Assembly (NCBI RefSeq): GCF_004010195.1
Contig: NC_057728.1
Coordinates: forward strand, 52,739,789-52,759,788
DNA: 20,000 nt
Direction: 5' to 3'
Origin: Chiloscyllium plagiosum
Lineage: Eukaryota
Part shown: piece after piece, positions 19,258 to 20,000 of the stretch
Position numbering within the stretch: the stretch's first letter is position 1
Layout: every line of letters begins with the position of its first letter
The notes under the pieces: model-generated
The model's input: the letters and a program-made list of their open reading frames with translations, nothing else
Told to the model about the DNA's origin: nothing
Databases searched by the model: none
Translations under genes and position numbers: made by a program

Positions 19258-19690
19258 TATTAGCTATAAGGAGAGATTGGTCAAACTTGGATTGTTTTCA
19301 CTAGACCATGGGTGATGTGATAGAAGTATACAAAATTATGGGGCATGGATAGAGTGGATACTCAGAGTCTTTTTCCCAGGGTGAAAATGTAAAATACCAG
19401 GGGACATAGGTTAAGGTGAGGAGGAGAAAGTTTAAGGTGGATGTAAGAGGTACATTTTTCACAAAGAGGGTAACAGTTGTCTTGAACTCACTACCAGTAG
19501 AGGTGGAAGAAGTAGATATGACAACAACATTTAAGAAGGATCTAGATGAACACATGAAGATGCAGGGAATAGAGGGTTGCACACCATTTGTAGACAGATG
19601 GGATTAGTTTAGAATAGCATCATGGTCAGCACAGAGATAATGGAAAGAAAGGCCTGTTCTTATTCTGTATTCTTCTGTTTTATTCTCTGT
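19258..19690 (+). mobile_element. CR1 3' fragment
   Basis: SYKERLVKLGLFSL; ORF 19416 reads FKVDVRGTFFTKRVTVVLNSLP; 3' UTR 'ggcctgttcttattctgt'. Confidence 0.92.
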
Positions 19691-19691
19691 C

Positions 19692-19841
19692 CAGAGAGTC
19701 GTAGAGATGTGGAGATGTACAGCACAGAAACAGATCCTTCGGTCCAACTTGTCCATGCTGACCAGGTATCCCAACCTAATCTTGTCCCATTTCCCAGCCC
19801 TTGACCCATATCCCTCTAAACCCTTCCACCCTTCCTATTCA
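19692..19841 (-). mobile_element. CR1 3' end, tail-to-tail with the preceding copy
   Basis: 'gagatgtacagcacagaaacagatccttcggtccaacttgtccatgctgaccag' is the same end as at 5335 and 13114. Confidence 0.92.
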
Positions 19842-20000
19842 TACTTCTTCAACCAAGACTCTCGCCCACCCTCAGACGACCCCTTCTCACGCCTCCAACA
19901 CGCCCCATCCAACTGGACACCCCGTGCTGACCTCCTACCTGCCCTCGACCTCTTCATATCCAACTGCCGCCGCGATATTAACCGCCACCTGAACTCCCCC
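19842..20000 (+). mobile_element. Penelope-like element ORF fragment (region N-terminal to RT), running off the window
   Basis: Open 53-codon frame YFFNQDSRPPSDDPFSRLQHAPSNWTPRADLLPALDLFISNCRRDINRHLNSP, matching the shark Penelope ORF upstream of the IKPADKG motif as recalled. C-rich and CpG-retaining. Confidence 0.8.

Noticed and set aside
1..20000. CRISPR array, rRNA or prokaryotic defence locus
   Set aside because: No regularly spaced repeats, rRNA similarity or gene-dense organisation.

Overview
This is not prokaryotic DNA. It is repeat-dense intronic or intergenic vertebrate sequence, and the repeat families (HE1/V-SINE, Deu-domain SINE, many CR1 LINEs, a Penelope-type terminal repeat) point to a shark, probably a carpet shark (Orectolobiformes). 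That assignment comes from my recall of the family consensus sequences, not from a database search. I cannot support any intact host gene: every recognisable ORF in the track is a piece of decayed retroelement. Main contents are about 12 CR1 fragments (one of 2.77 kb covering almost all of ORF2), two pieces of a second CR1-clade LINE with its partner tRNA-SINE, L2/DeuSINE relics, a decayed Ty3/Gypsy gag and two Penelope-like pieces. The most unusual observations are: (i) two independent LINE insertions whose 5' junctions carry short fillers copied from local DNA 1.3 kb and 3.1 kb away; (ii) a pre-miRNA-like hairpin in unique sequence at 7683-7735; (iii) a three-level nested insertion with recoverable target-site duplications (TSDs); (iv) a ~100-bp internally inverted Penelope-repeat insertion with a perfect 16-bp TSD and half a hammerhead core. 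I see no convincing evidence of a new protein-coding system. Boundaries of old repeats are approximate.
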